From: an uncultured Candidatus Saccharibacteria bacterium | GTDB taxonomy: Bacteria > Patescibacteriota > WWE3 > 2-01-FULL-39-13 | DNA length: 64,000 nucleotides | Reading direction: 5' to 3' | NCBI GenBank assembly: GCA_965230915.1 | Contig: OZ246395.1 | Coordinates: forward strand, 204,019-268,018 | Shown: piece by piece, positions 39,683 through 50,001 of the stretch | Position numbering within the stretch: position 1 is the stretch's first letter | How the letters are laid out: every line of letters begins with the position of its first letter | Notes under the pieces: generated by a model | What the model was told of the DNA's origin: nothing | Database searches by the model: none | The model's input: only the letters and a program-made list of their open reading frames with translations | Program-made: the position numbers and the translations under genes

Positions 39683-39940
39683 ATGGCAAAAGCAAAACAA
39701 AAAACAACAAGACCAAGTAAACAGGATACTAAAAAAGAAATAGACAGAAGTGTTCTATTGAGAGATATCGACTACAAAAATGTTTCTCTTCTTAAGAAAT
39801 ACATGGGTCCAAGAAAGAAGATTTTGCCACAAAGTGTTACTAAGCTTTCAGCTAAACATCAAAGAAAATTAAAAATTGAAATTAGAAAAGCAAGAGTAAT
39901 GGGGCTTCTACCTTTTACAGATCGCCACGCTTTGAGTTAA
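39683..39940 (+). CDS. rpsR: 30S ribosomal protein S18.
   Basis: 'IDYKNVSLLKKYMGPRKKILPQSVTKLSAKHQRKLKIEIRKARVMGLLPF' canonical S18. Confidence 0.9.
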   Translation: MAKAKQKTTRPSKQDTKKEIDRSVLLRDIDYKNVSLLKKYMGPRKKILPQSVTKLSAKHQRKLKIEIRKARVMGLLPFTDRHALS

Positions 39941-39952
39941 AATCAAAGTGTT

Positions 39953-40858
39953 ATGATCCTGCCAATATTTCTCACATCACAATATGTGTCGGTAAACCTT
40001 GACGATAGCACTCATACTGGAAAGAAAGGTATTGCCCAACATAACCTTATTAATCTTCGCCCGGCACTAGATCCATTTACACCTTTAATTTCTACAGCCC
40101 GAATGCGTGAGCTTTTAAAAAATATTGTAAGCGATGAGCAGCTTAACGATTTTAGGCCAGTAGTTTTATCAATTGCGGATGAGAATTTTGACATAGAACT
40201 TGGATATGATTTCCAAAATATACTCGATAGTGTACCTTTTGCGATTATTGTTCCAGAATATTATTATTCGAAAGCGGTAGATATGATTGCACCATCATCT
40301 GCTAATTTGTTTTTAAATTGTCGAAAATATGGGCTGCCGATTCCGGAAGATATCAAAATCGAAATCGATGCAGTAACAATCTCGCTATATGCAAAAGACA
40401 ATGTCGGAAAATTCATAAGTCAGAATCAAATTATAATTTCTACTACAGATGTAGATGCAAAGTTCAAACCGGAATATACGGAGGCAATGGTGAAAGCCTT
40501 ATCCGACAACATTCAGATTGCCGGTGTCTGGAAAGTAATAATTGATTCTCAATATCGACTTTTTCCAGCTCTAATAGAATCACTCGAAGATAATGTTTCT
40601 ATCGATCAGTTTTTTGATGCTTTCGATGATGACGCAGATGGGAAATTAATCATTGCTCCCGGAGTTACTGAACTTCAATTAGGCGAAAACGATAGTTTTG
40701 AAACAATTCCACTCGTAAATACTCAGCTGAATAAATTTAAAATAAAAGATGACGATAAAATAACATTTAAATGGAAGTCTGATAAATCAAAATTTGAAGG
40801 CGAAATTTATGGAAGCAAAACTGGTATTAGAATCGATGTTCGCGATCGTACTAAATAA
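39953..40858 (+). CDS. Hypothetical protein (301 aa) in the position where rplI (L9) usually lies. Start uncertain.
   Basis: ORF only; no L9 features such as an N-terminal 'MKVILL' or a long helix. Confidence 0.45.
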   Translation: MILPIFLTSQYVSVNLDDSTHTGKKGIAQHNLINLRPALDPFTPLISTARMRELLKNIVSDEQLNDFRPVVLSIADENFDIELGYDFQNILDSVPFAIIVPEYYYSKAVDMIAPSSANLFLNCRKYGLPIPEDIKIEIDAVTISLYAKDNVGKFISQNQIIISTTDVDAKFKPEYTEAMVKALSDNIQIAGVWKVIIDSQYRLFPALIESLEDNVSIDQFFDAFDDDADGKLIIAPGVTELQLGENDSFETIPLVNTQLNKFKIKDDDKITFKWKSDKSKFEGEIYGSKTGIRIDVRDRTK

Positions 40859-40860
40859 AT

Positions 40861-41769
40861 ATGACTAAATTAATTAAAACAAAAACCGACCACGAAGTAG
40901 AAGGAAAAATCATTTATAACGAAGACATTTTGTATAAATTAGATCTTCCAACCGATTTGCACCCAGTTCTAAAAGAAGGAACAGAAATCGAAGAAGGCGA
41001 TCTGATTAAGCCCAAAACTAAAAGCGAAGAGGACTTAGATCTAATAGAAATCGAATATAAGGGTGTAACCGAGTTATTACCTGGTCAGCATGTGAAAGTT
41101 GGTGATACCTTATACACGAATAAAAAACTTTTCAAAAAGCATGAAGTTAAAAGCGAAGTTTCTGGAGTAGTAAAAGAAGTAACAGAAGATTTAATAAAGA
41201 TTCAGGAACAAAGTGAAGACGAAGAAACAAAATTACCACCATTTAAAACTCCGTTTGGTGGAAAAATAACTAAGGTACATGACAATTATATGCTTTTAAA
41301 TTTTTCGGCAGTTCAAGTAAATTTATTTGAATCAAAAGCCGGGTCGGCCGTTGGTCCAATTAGATATATTTCGTCAGACCAGATCCGCGAAAGAAAAACA
41401 TTAACATCTCATATAGAAAAATCAGTTATTGTTACGGAACAAATTACTGCAGAACTTTATCCCATGCTTTCTACATTAGGAGTAGGAGCAATTATTGCAA
41501 ATAGTATTGATTATTCTTTGTTTAAGAATATGATAATTTTAGCTGTGCCGATTGGAATAATTTCCGGATTCGGATATACTCCCAATGAAAAAGGCAAATC
41601 TGAAGTTAAACCAATTTTGACTGAAGATGAAGCTCTGATAAAATACATAAAGTCTATTGAAGGAAAAACAGTTTGGGTCGACGGAGATTATGGAAGGCTT
41701 ATTATTCCAGAAACTCGAGAACCAGCTTCTTTAAAACGACACCATTGGAAATTAAACTTCGGTGTTTAA
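40861..41769 (+). CDS. Hypothetical protein (302 aa) with an acidic N-terminal half and a hydrophobic C-terminal segment.
   Basis: ORF only. Confidence 0.5.
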   Translation: MTKLIKTKTDHEVEGKIIYNEDILYKLDLPTDLHPVLKEGTEIEEGDLIKPKTKSEEDLDLIEIEYKGVTELLPGQHVKVGDTLYTNKKLFKKHEVKSEVSGVVKEVTEDLIKIQEQSEDEETKLPPFKTPFGGKITKVHDNYMLLNFSAVQVNLFESKAGSAVGPIRYISSDQIRERKTLTSHIEKSVIVTEQITAELYPMLSTLGVGAIIANSIDYSLFKNMIILAVPIGIISGFGYTPNEKGKSEVKPILTEDEALIKYIKSIEGKTVWVDGDYGRLIIPETREPASLKRHHWKLNFGV

Positions 41770-41788
41770 GTTTCAAATTTTGAACAAA

Positions 41789-43078
41789 ATGATTGCAAAA
41801 AATATACAAAGTATTATTACAGGAATTTTATTAATCGTTATCGGAGCACTTGGCGGATATTATTTCGGCAATCAAGGCTATGAAGTCAGAATTAAAACCG
41901 ATTCTCCAGAAATTAAAGTTGTAAATCGTGAGGCCGCTATTCCAACTACCGCAGATATGTCCCGATTTTGGGAAGTCTGGGACATCATCACTAAGGAACA
42001 TATCGATAAACCCCTCGATCCGAATAAACTAGTCGATGGCGCCATTCATGGAATGGTTAGTTCGATAGGTGATCCATATACAACATATTTAAATATCGAG
42101 CAAAACGGTGAGGTTCAAAGTTCGCTAAACGGATTATATGAAGGTATAGGCGCTCAATTAGGTTTTGATGAAAACAATAATTTGATTGTTGTGGCGCCAC
42201 TTGATGGTTCTCCTGCAAAAGCAGCGGGAGTTCAAGCAGGCGACCGAATTATTCAAATTGAAGGTAAAGATACAACAGGAGTTTCGGTAGAAGAAGCTGT
42301 AAACAAAATTCGTGGAAAAGCTGGAACTGTAAGTACGCTTTTGCTTTTTAGAAAGGATGTTGAAAAACCATTCGAAGTTAAAATCACACGTGCGGAAATA
42401 AAATTAGACAGTGTAACTTGGGAAGACAAAGGCGATGGAATTGCGTACATTAGACTTTCACGTTTCGGTGAATCTACAAATACAGAATGGGCAAAGGTCG
42501 TCGGTGAAATCACAACTCAAATGCCAAATCTAAAAGGTATAGTTTTAGATGTAAGAAATAACCCTGGAGGATATCTAGATGCAGCCGTTTATATCGGTTC
42601 AGAATTCGTGTCAGATGGGGTGATAGTTTCTGAAGCATTTTCAAATGGTACTAACCAGGAATTCAAAGTCGATCACAAAGGTAAGCTTTTAGACAACAAA
42701 TTAAAATTTGCTGTTTTAATAAATGGCGGATCAGCTTCTGCATCTGAAATTGTAACCGGCGCATTAAAAGAAAGGCGCAACGCAATAATTGTTGGCGAAA
42801 GATCTTTTGGTAAAGGAACTGTTCAAAGATCAGAAGAATTTGATGATGGAGCATCGGTTCACGTTACTGTTGCAAAATGGTTAACTCCAGATAAAAATTG
42901 GGTTGATAAACGATCCAAATCTGTAGAAGATAGCGTATATAACATAACTAATGAAGATGGCACGACTACGATCGGAGGATTTAAACCTGATTACGAAGTG
43001 AAATTTACTGATGAAGATGTTAAAGCTGAAAAAGACGTTCAACTGGATAAGGCTGTAGAATTACTTAAGGCCAAATAG
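41789..43078 (+). CDS. ctpA: Carboxyl-terminal processing protease (S41, CtpA/Prc-like) with an N-terminal TM anchor and a PDZ domain. The track's GTG at 41762 is the alternative start.
   Basis: 'FWEVWDIITKEHIDKP...GIGAQLGFDENNNLIVVAPLDGSPAKAAGVQAGDRI' (PDZ) and 'RNNPGGYLDAAVYIGSEF...GGSASASEIVTGALKERRNAIIVGERSFGKGTVQ' (S41 catalytic Ser/Lys region). Confidence 0.8.
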   Translation: MIAKNIQSIITGILLIVIGALGGYYFGNQGYEVRIKTDSPEIKVVNREAAIPTTADMSRFWEVWDIITKEHIDKPLDPNKLVDGAIHGMVSSIGDPYTTYLNIEQNGEVQSSLNGLYEGIGAQLGFDENNNLIVVAPLDGSPAKAAGVQAGDRIIQIEGKDTTGVSVEEAVNKIRGKAGTVSTLLLFRKDVEKPFEVKITRAEIKLDSVTWEDKGDGIAYIRLSRFGESTNTEWAKVVGEITTQMPNLKGIVLDVRNNPGGYLDAAVYIGSEFVSDGVIVSEAFSNGTNQEFKVDHKGKLLDNKLKFAVLINGGSASASEIVTGALKERRNAIIVGERSFGKGTVQRSEEFDDGASVHVTVAKWLTPDKNWVDKRSKSVEDSVYNITNEDGTTTIGGFKPDYEVKFTDEDVKAEKDVQLDKAVELLKAK

Positions 43079-43121
43079 TTAATAAAGGTTAGTTTCAGAA
43101 AAGGATTTTATATTCAATACG

Positions 43122-44273
43122 ATGAGCGACTTCCGTAGATTAATTACAATCATAATTGTTGTTTTAGGTGCATACCTAATTTACTACTACCAATCTGCAA
43201 TTGGTAATTTTCTTAGAAACCCGATTAATACACTAGATAATTTATCGCAACAGGTCGAAGACAGGACTATCCCAACTCCTGGCAACGCAGAAAATGTAAA
43301 ATTAGTCGTTGTTGACGAAGAAAATCAGGTTATTAAAGTTGTAGAAGATTCTACAAAAGCCGTAGTTTCAGTTGTCAGAAAAGAAACATATTTTGATCCA
43401 TATCAAGGCCCATTAACCTCAGAAGATTCAATTGGAACAGGATTTATAGTAGATGGCAAAAGGGGAATAGTCTTAACGAATAAACATGTTGTTGATGATA
43501 ATGGTGCAACATACAGTATAGTGATGGGGGAGGGTGAAGAAACTTACGATGTTACTAATGTTTACAAAGATCCAACAAATGATTTTGCGATTTTACGAAT
43601 AAGTAATGGAGATAAAGAACTTCCACAATTAAAATTAGGCGACTCAGACAAATTAAAAGCTGGACAAACTGTTGTTGCAATTGGAAATGCATTAGGCCAA
43701 TTTGGAAATAGCGTCACTAAAGGAGTTGTTTCCGGTACCGGGCGTGGAATTGTTGCGAGTGCCGGTCCGTTTGGAGAAGCCGAATCAATCGAGAATGTTA
43801 TTCAAACCGATGCCGCATTAAATCCTGGTAATTCCGGCGGTCCGCTTCTAAATCTAGCCGGGGAAGTTATCGGAATTAATGTAGCAGTTACCCAAGGCGC
43901 AGAAAACATTGGATTCTCACTTCCGATTAATATTTTAAAACCAATAATTGATGGATTTAACACAACCGGCAAAATTGTACGACCTTATTTAGGTGTCAAC
44001 ATCAGACCAATTACACAAGACATGGTAGAACGCGGTGCGCCTACAGTCGGAGCTTTTGTTGTTGATGTGGTTTCCGGGTCTCCTGCTGCAAAGGCTGGAA
44101 TTCAAAAAACCGACATAATTACGCATGTGAACGGAACAAGAATTGATAATGATCCTAATACTTTACAAAAGATTATTGCGGGTCTAAGGGTTGGGGACAA
44201 TGTTGCAGTTGTCGTAGAACGAAATGGCCAGGAGGTTTCTCTAAATGCCACAATTGGAGAGCTAGACCAATAG
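43122..44273 (+). CDS. HtrA/DegP-family trypsin-like serine protease with a C-terminal PDZ domain and an N-terminal TM anchor.
   Basis: Catalytic triad context: 'LTNKHVV' (His), 'DFAILRI' (Asp), 'GNSGGPLLN' (Ser). PDZ 'GAFVVDVVSGSPAAKAGIQKTDIITHVNG'. Confidence 0.85.
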   Translation: MSDFRRLITIIIVVLGAYLIYYYQSAIGNFLRNPINTLDNLSQQVEDRTIPTPGNAENVKLVVVDEENQVIKVVEDSTKAVVSVVRKETYFDPYQGPLTSEDSIGTGFIVDGKRGIVLTNKHVVDDNGATYSIVMGEGEETYDVTNVYKDPTNDFAILRISNGDKELPQLKLGDSDKLKAGQTVVAIGNALGQFGNSVTKGVVSGTGRGIVASAGPFGEAESIENVIQTDAALNPGNSGGPLLNLAGEVIGINVAVTQGAENIGFSLPINILKPIIDGFNTTGKIVRPYLGVNIRPITQDMVERGAPTVGAFVVDVVSGSPAAKAGIQKTDIITHVNGTRIDNDPNTLQKIIAGLRVGDNVAVVVERNGQEVSLNATIGELDQ

Positions 44274-44370
44274 TCTGACCACACTTGTTTTTGTAATTTC
44301 ACTAATCTAAAATATCCACAACACCTGTTGAGGTGGGTTTGTAGCACTCTACTAAAAAGGAGAAGAGCGG

Positions 44371-44676
44371 ATGCTTGCTGGAATTGCAGCGCCAAGTGTT
44401 CAAAGCTCAGAAGATTTTTTTCTGACGCTTATTCCCACCGATGGTGGTGAACATGTTATTGTTCGTACGATGGCACAGTTCAAAGAGCATTATCTTACGC
44501 GTGCTGATGGGGTTATGTATGCCATCAAAATTGACGAGCGGCAAATCAGCAGCTACGAAGCGCAGGTTTTGCTGCGGCAGTTTCAAACGTCACAGATTGC
44601 ATTTCAACCCCGACCAAACTGGGAAGATCTTTACTATGAGTGCCAGAGTGGTAGTTTCAGCTATCGGCCTTATTAG
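44371..44676 (+). CDS. Hypothetical soluble protein (101 aa) in a GC-richer patch, with a strong SD.
   Basis: AAAAAGGAGAAG 8 nt upstream of the ATG. Overlaps an alternative-frame ORF (44441-44917). Confidence 0.45.
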   Translation: MLAGIAAPSVQSSEDFFLTLIPTDGGEHVIVRTMAQFKEHYLTRADGVMYAIKIDERQISSYEAQVLLRQFQTSQIAFQPRPNWEDLYYECQSGSFSYRPY

Positions 44677-44917
44677 AAGGTTCGTCGGTTTATGGCGAAT
44701 CTGGCTAAGTTTGGCAATCGCTATATTTATATATCGGCCGTTGTATTTTTGGCTGATATCATGGGCTGACCCGAGTGTGCCAAATCTGATATGCGCGGTA
44801 TTGGTCGGCGCAGTGTCGTTCGGTCTTTTTGTTGTAGTTTTAACCGTGCTGTACGAAATTCGGGCAGCACAAGAATTTTCGGCTAAACACCGAAGACACC
44901 GTTTAGTCGAAGAATAG
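44636..44917 (+). CDS. Putative small membrane protein (93 aa), the C-terminal part of the track's 158-aa ORF starting at internal Met66. Overlaps the end of the previous gene by 41 nt.
   Basis: Two hydrophobic helices (LWRIWLSLAIAIFIY...; LICAVLVGAVSFGLFVVVLTVL). The upstream 65 codons of the 158-aa ORF overlap the better-supported 101-aa gene in another frame. Confidence 0.3.
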   Translation: MSARVVVSAIGLIRRFVGLWRIWLSLAIAIFIYRPLYFWLISWADPSVPNLICAVLVGAVSFGLFVVVLTVLYEIRAAQEFSAKHRRHRLVEE

Positions 44918-45027
44918 GACCGGAAAATGATTCCGCCTAGCAGGGCATCAGGGCTGATTTATTCAGCACTCCAAAAGAGTTAAAACCTGATGCCTTTTAT
45001 TTTGAATACAACTACGAAAGGGCTGCT

Positions 45028-45510
45028 ATGAGTACTTTAGGTAGACAATCGATGGTCGGAATCGTACGGCTGTCTTTGTACGGTATTTACCTGTGTGTGT
45101 GCCTCTGGCTTGTGATCAATCTATCTAGTTTTGGACTAAGTATTAGTGGCCCTTACAGGTGGGTATGCTTGCTGCTTAGCTTCACAGTTGTCTATGGGTT
45201 CATAAGGACTTTCTGGCGGGTAATTAACATTATCGGCAGTATTTCCGATTCGACCATGCTGTCGATCGGCGAAGTGATAGTTGTTTTGACTTTGACACTT
45301 GGTGCAATGGGGCTTTTTGTAGCAATCGCGCTCGAAATTTCCACATACTTTACGAAGTATGGAATTCCGACGACATACTTGATAGTTGGGGTTTGGGTCG
45401 TAGTATCTATTTGGATTTTGCCGTCAATTGTGCGTGCGGCGGTAAGGCGCTACGAAGAATGGTTCGGAACAAAAGTTCTCAGCTTTTTGCTTCATAGCTC
45501 TGGCCCTTAA
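45028..45510 (+). CDS. Hypothetical integral membrane protein (160 aa, 4 predicted TM helices), GC-richer.
   Basis: Hydropathy judged by eye; no motif. Confidence 0.5.
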   Translation: MSTLGRQSMVGIVRLSLYGIYLCVCLWLVINLSSFGLSISGPYRWVCLLLSFTVVYGFIRTFWRVINIIGSISDSTMLSIGEVIVVLTLTLGAMGLFVAIALEISTYFTKYGIPTTYLIVGVWVVVSIWILPSIVRAAVRRYEEWFGTKVLSFLLHSSGP

Positions 45511-45587
45511 TAAAGTCGCCTAAGTGCGTGGATTCTATCCTGATACTTGAACGCAAATTCAAGAGATAGGGTAGGGTCCACGTTTTT

Positions 45588-46580
45588 TTATTCTTCATCG
45601 GTAGTGTCTGTTGAAATTTCTCCACTTTCCATGCCGGCTTTTATATCCTCTAATAAGTCTTCAATATCTCCTGCCATTCGGCGTTCAATATTAAACCAGC
45701 TTTTTTTGATGCGGTGATCGGTGATTCGATCTTGTGGAAAATTGTAGGTCCTAATTTTTTCAGATCGATCTCCAGAACCTATCTGATCGGCTCTTAATTC
45801 GTCTATGGAGCCTTTTTGTTGTTGTTGCATAAGATCATACAATTTTGATCTCAGCGTCGACATAGCCCGCTCACGGTTCTTAATCTGGCTACGCTCGTCT
45901 TGGCATTGAACTACCAACCCAGTAGGTAAGTGTGTAATACGGACCGCGCTTTCGGTTTTATTAACGTGTTGGCCTCCAGCTCCTCCGGCTCTATATACAT
46001 CAACTCTAAGGTCTTCTGGTCTTATTTCGACTTCTACTGCGCTTACGATAGGTAATACGGCAATGGTTGCGGTTGAAGTGTGAATGCGTCCTCCAGATTC
46101 GGTTACTGGTATACGTTGAACGCGGTGAACTCCACTTTCGTATTTAAGTTCATCATATGGAGCAGTAGCTGCTTTGCCTTTTTTTATTTCGAATTGAATT
46201 TCTTTATAATTACCAATTCCACCTTCATTTTTGGAAATTATTGAGTAGTTCCAACCTTTGGTTTCGGCATATCTGGTGTACATGGTGAATAGGTTATTAG
46301 CAAAAAGCCCGGCCTCATCACCGCCGGCACCGGCACGAATTTCAACGATGGAATCTCCGGTTTCTGCGGATGAACTGTCACCATCTGACTTTTTTGAATA
46401 GTCGCCATTCATCATTGCAATAGCATCTTGAAGCTGTTGTTTCTGAGTTTCTAAATTGGAGATTTCTTCTGTAATAAGGTCAGCCATTGAAGGGTCAGCC
46501 TCTACCATAGCCATAGTTTCAGCAATTTTTGCATCTATTGAACTTATTTGATCTTGAAGTGCGGATGTTGCGGAATCCAT
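45588..46580 (-). CDS. prfA: Peptide chain release factor 1, with a short acidic C-terminal tail.
   Basis: GGQ motif '[24 protein letters not shown]'; RF1-type tripeptide region '[21 protein letters not shown]' (PxT). Confidence 0.9.
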   Translation of the reverse strand: MDSATSALQDQISSIDAKIAETMAMVEADPSMADLITEEISNLETQKQQLQDAIAMMNGDYSKKSDGDSSSAETGDSIVEIRAGAGGDEAGLFANNLFTMYTRYAETKGWNYSIISKNEGGIGNYKEIQFEIKKGKAATAPYDELKYESGVHRVQRIPVTESGGRIHTSTATIAVLPIVSAVEVEIRPEDLRVDVYRAGGAGGQHVNKTESAVRITHLPTGLVVQCQDERSQIKNRERAMSTLRSKLYDLMQQQQKGSIDELRADQIGSGDRSEKIRTYNFPQDRITDHRIKKSWFNIERRMAGDIEDLLEDIKAGMESGEISTDTTDEE

Positions 46581-46604
46581 AGCTTAATTATAGCTCCTGT
46601 CTAT

Positions 46605-46955
46605 CTACTGTAGGGCTTTAAGCATGTCTTTTAATGATTTTGGACCTTCTTCGCGTTCTTTTTGCTGTGACATTTTAGCTTTTAGAGCTTCGACACGAGC
46701 CTTTCTAGCTTTTTCGGCTAAGTCCATTTTCTTTTTGAATTTATCAACACGACCTTCGATGTCGACGAATTTGTGGTCGCCAGTCCAAAAAGGGTGGCAA
46801 TTGCTGCAAATTTCAACAGTTAAGTGGTCTAAAGTTGATCCTGTTTCGAATTTATTTCCACATGCACAGGTAACTGTGATGGTTTCGTGATATGTAGGGT
46901 GAATTCCTGATTTCATATAGTTATTTGTGGCGAGATTACCTAATAGCTTCGCCAT
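46605..46955 (-). CDS. rpmE: 50S ribosomal protein L31 with N- and C-terminal extensions.
   Basis: '[45 protein letters not shown]...GRVDKFKKK' L31 core with a CxC...CxxCH zinc site. Confidence 0.8.
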   Translation of the reverse strand: MAKLLGNLATNNYMKSGIHPTYHETITVTCACGNKFETGSTLDHLTVEICSNCHPFWTGDHKFVDIEGRVDKFKKKMDLAEKARKARVEALKAKMSQQKEREEGPKSLKDMLKALQ

Positions 46956-47073
46956 GACTGGGATATTTTAACAAAAAGCCCAAACTAAGGCAAATAGTAG
47001 CTTTTTAGTATATAATTTTGCGCAATTCACATTGGTGAACGCACACTATAAATCAACCTAAGAGGAGAATCAC

Positions 47074-47673
47074 GTGAACTGGTCAGATTATGCCAGCCTG
47101 GCAGACAGGCTATACAAGCAGTCGGGGTTTATTTATGTCGGAGCCGAGTTTTGCTGGGAATTACAGGATATATTCCTGTCACTTGTAGCAAGAACGCTCA
47201 GCGATGACAAAGAGATCAAAATCCTTATCAACAGCAGCGGGGGGAGCAGCATGTCTTGCATGGCAATGCGTAATAGCCTTCTTCTAGCTCGCATGAGGGA
47301 AAAGAAGTCAGTGGGAGTTGTTCTTTCGAGGGCTTATTCTGCGGCATTCCTTTTGCTTCAAAGTTGCGATACGCGCTTAGCTATGGAAGGGTCAACACTG
47401 TTGATGCACCATGGCAGCAGCCAGCTCGATAACAATGAGCTGGCCGCTATTAATCGTGGTGAATCATGGCCTGCGGAGCATCGCAAAAGGTTCAATGACG
47501 AACTGATCGAAGCTGTGCAAAGACGTACTGGCGTGACGAAGAAAAAGTTGTTCGAATATTTCGACACTGAGAGATATTTTTCCGCCGGGCAGTCGCTTGA
47601 TGAGAATTTCGTAGATGGGGTAGTTTCATCGTATACAGAAATTCCAGCCGAAGTTCTGACATTGTTGTCTTAA
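47074..47673 (+). CDS. ClpP/S14-like serine protease family protein (GTG start, GC-richer accessory gene).
   Basis: 'KILINSSGGS' compares with ClpP 'INSPGG', and 'RAYSAAFLLLQSCDTRLAMEGSTLLMHHG' compares with ClpP 'AASMGA.LLAAG..R..LPNSRIMIHQP'. Strong SD AAGAGGAG upstream. Confidence 0.55.
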   Translation: MNWSDYASLADRLYKQSGFIYVGAEFCWELQDIFLSLVARTLSDDKEIKILINSSGGSSMSCMAMRNSLLLARMREKKSVGVVLSRAYSAAFLLLQSCDTRLAMEGSTLLMHHGSSQLDNNELAAINRGESWPAEHRKRFNDELIEAVQRRTGVTKKKLFEYFDTERYFSAGQSLDENFVDGVVSSYTEIPAEVLTLLS

Positions 47674-47691
47674 TTTTGAAAGGCGGGGTAA

Positions 47692-48066
47692 ATGCTACTG
47701 ATGCTAAATGGCCCAGAAGTTATCGAGTTTCTGTCGATAATTGCAGGCCTGGATGTTGCACTGAGGATGACGGGATTTAATCCCACGGTCTCTGTGGTAA
47801 TGGCACTGCCTAAGATTAAGATGGAGGATTTTGATCGAAGGTGGGATCACTTTAGGGAATTTTGTGCCAAGAACGAATGTTCTTTGCAAGTTTTCATTTT
47901 CGGATCGCATACAGATCCAAACCAGAGTACGAGTCTCCGCTTTGGTGATTCCAGGTGTGACTATATTAACGTCTACATCTATACCGTGGGTTGGTTCGCT
48001 GATCGGCCACTAAGCGACTCGCTTCAGGCGATCGATCAATTCTTAGGTGGAATTTCGGAAGTTTAG
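47692..48066 (+). CDS. Hypothetical protein (124 aa), GC-richer.
   Basis: ORF only. Confidence 0.4.
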   Translation: MLLMLNGPEVIEFLSIIAGLDVALRMTGFNPTVSVVMALPKIKMEDFDRRWDHFREFCAKNECSLQVFIFGSHTDPNQSTSLRFGDSRCDYINVYIYTVGWFADRPLSDSLQAIDQFLGGISEV

Positions 48067-48142
48067 GTGTTTGCTCGCGGTTTGCAGCTTTCTTCCAGTC
48101 TAACTGGGTACAAGAGAGCTGCAGGCCGCGATTTTATTAAGA

Positions 48143-49294
48143 TTATTTTCGCCTTTCTGCCAAATAAACTCCAATCGTTATAATAATTGCTCCAGCTAAA
48201 AATAGTGGAGACAAAGTTTCACCCAGTAAAAATATTGCAGCAGGTATTGCAGCAAGTGGTTGTAAATAATAGAAAACCGACGCTTCGCTTGCTTCGATTA
48301 TACGCAGCCCAGATTGGTATAAGACATAAGCTAAAACTCCAGATAATATAGACATGTATAAAATCCCCCAAAGAATTGGCGGAGACATATAGGTTTTTAG
48401 GTTCCCAATAATTATGCTTGAAAGGCTAGGGGAAGCTGTTTTTATCAAACAAGAATATTTAACAACTTCATTTTGCGGCAGGTAATTAACAACTGCGTCG
48501 CCTCGGCAGGTTTTACATTCATAACATCCGACTGAATCGCATGCCATGCCAGCTCTATAATTGGCTCGATCTATATCATTAATAGTACATGTTCTAAGTT
48601 GTCCCAAATTGCTGGTTTTGTGCAAAAAGATTTGTTCGCCAAGGCCAAGGGGAATGAAAACAATAGCCGCAAACATAAATGAAATAACTATTTGAGCCAG
48701 TGGCGTTACTATTTTATCTCCAGCTAAATGACGTTTTGTATAAATTGAATAGTATGAATCGAGTGCGATTCCGCCTAAAAATAAAACATTACCGATTAAT
48801 GAACTTCTTATTGTTAAAAAAGTATCACCCTGACTTGCATCCCCGGCAAATAGTAGGGGAGAAAATACAACAATTAGAGTTCCAAAAAATGCTAGAAGCG
48901 TACCTTCAATCTCATTTCGCTTGATTGTTTCTTTTAAAATTAAAAAGCCCATCGCAGAAACCAAAAGCGGAGTAAATGAGCTAATTAATGAGGCGTTTAT
49001 AGCTGTTGTGCGCTCGATTCCCATAAAAATTAGAATGAGTGCTGCAACATGGCCGATCATTGATGAGGTAAAAATATATCTGTAGCGAATCCGATTAATC
49101 TTATGTCGTTTAAGAATGTAAAACAAAAAAGGAAGTAAAACAATTGCGGCTGTAACAAAGCGCAGCATTAAAAAGGTAAGTGGGGGGACCTCGGTTACTG
49201 TTAATTTTATGACGATGGTGGCGAATCCCCAGATTAAGGATGCAATCACTAATACAATATTTGCAATAACTCTTTCTGAGATTTTGGCAGGCAT
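48143..49294 (-). CDS. EamA/DMT-superfamily transporter (two EamA halves, ~10 TM helices) with a ~70-aa Cys-rich soluble insertion between the halves.
   Basis: Repeated five-TM halves. The insertion '...RTCTINDIDRANYRAGMACDSVGCYECKTCRGDAVVNYLPQNEVVKYSCLIK' has 7 Cys including CX4CX2CX2C. Confidence 0.65.
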   Translation of the reverse strand: MPAKISERVIANIVLVIASLIWGFATIVIKLTVTEVPPLTFLMLRFVTAAIVLLPFLFYILKRHKINRIRYRYIFTSSMIGHVAALILIFMGIERTTAINASLISSFTPLLVSAMGFLILKETIKRNEIEGTLLAFFGTLIVVFSPLLFAGDASQGDTFLTIRSSLIGNVLFLGGIALDSYYSIYTKRHLAGDKIVTPLAQIVISFMFAAIVFIPLGLGEQIFLHKTSNLGQLRTCTINDIDRANYRAGMACDSVGCYECKTCRGDAVVNYLPQNEVVKYSCLIKTASPSLSSIIIGNLKTYMSPPILWGILYMSILSGVLAYVLYQSGLRIIEASEASVFYYLQPLAAIPAAIFLLGETLSPLFLAGAIIITIGVYLAERRK

Positions 49295-49339
49295 TACGAT
49301 AATTCTAGCAGAGATAAATTAGTAATTTCCATTAAGTAG

Positions 49340-49975
49340 TTATTTGAGGGCTTGGCCTATTTCGCTTAGGGTGGTTTTATAGAAATAGAGTTGTTTAGAG
49401 TATACACTCGCAAATTTTGATTTTGGGCTAAATCCAGGATGATACTTTATTATTGTCACTTCGATAATACCAAAAAGTTTTAAAGGCTCTACTACCAGAT
49501 CAGAAAAAGTAATGTCATTTAATTTTTCTGAACATTGAGATTTTACCAATATATAAAAGTCATATAAATCTCTATTTTCTTGCGAAATCTTTTTTAAGTC
49601 TTTTATTGCAACCTTAATATATTCACGTAAAATTTTGCTAATTTCTTCTGCTTCGGCGTCGTTTTCCAATAATGAGATTGTAAATTTTTCTGATGTATAA
49701 GTTTCCCATAATTTATCGTAGAGATCTTTTAATCCCGAGTAAGTGGAAATTACCTTGCTATCATTTGTTGTGAGCACTTTTGATCTGACACTTAATAGGT
49801 GTATGAATAAAAATGCTTTTTTTGAACTTTTTGGTAATGATTTATTAGTTATTAAAGTCTTTACCAGCTCTTCGTCATAGAGGTTAATTGGTTCTTTACT
49901 AGAAATAAGAGCTTTCTCAAATTGCTGAAAGTATTTAATTATCGCGGTTTTAGTAACATCTGAAAGCTTAGTCAT
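49340..49975 (-). CDS. Hypothetical protein (211 aa) upstream of the ABC exporter genes.
   Basis: ORF only; Lys-rich, no clear HTH. Confidence 0.45.
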   Translation of the reverse strand: MTKLSDVTKTAIIKYFQQFEKALISSKEPINLYDEELVKTLITNKSLPKSSKKAFLFIHLLSVRSKVLTTNDSKVISTYSGLKDLYDKLWETYTSEKFTISLLENDAEAEEISKILREYIKVAIKDLKKISQENRDLYDFYILVKSQCSEKLNDITFSDLVVEPLKLFGIIEVTIIKYHPGFSPKSKFASVYSKQLYFYKTTLSEIGQALK

Positions 49976-50001
49976 TTCTATATAATAATTTGAATGTAAA
50001 T

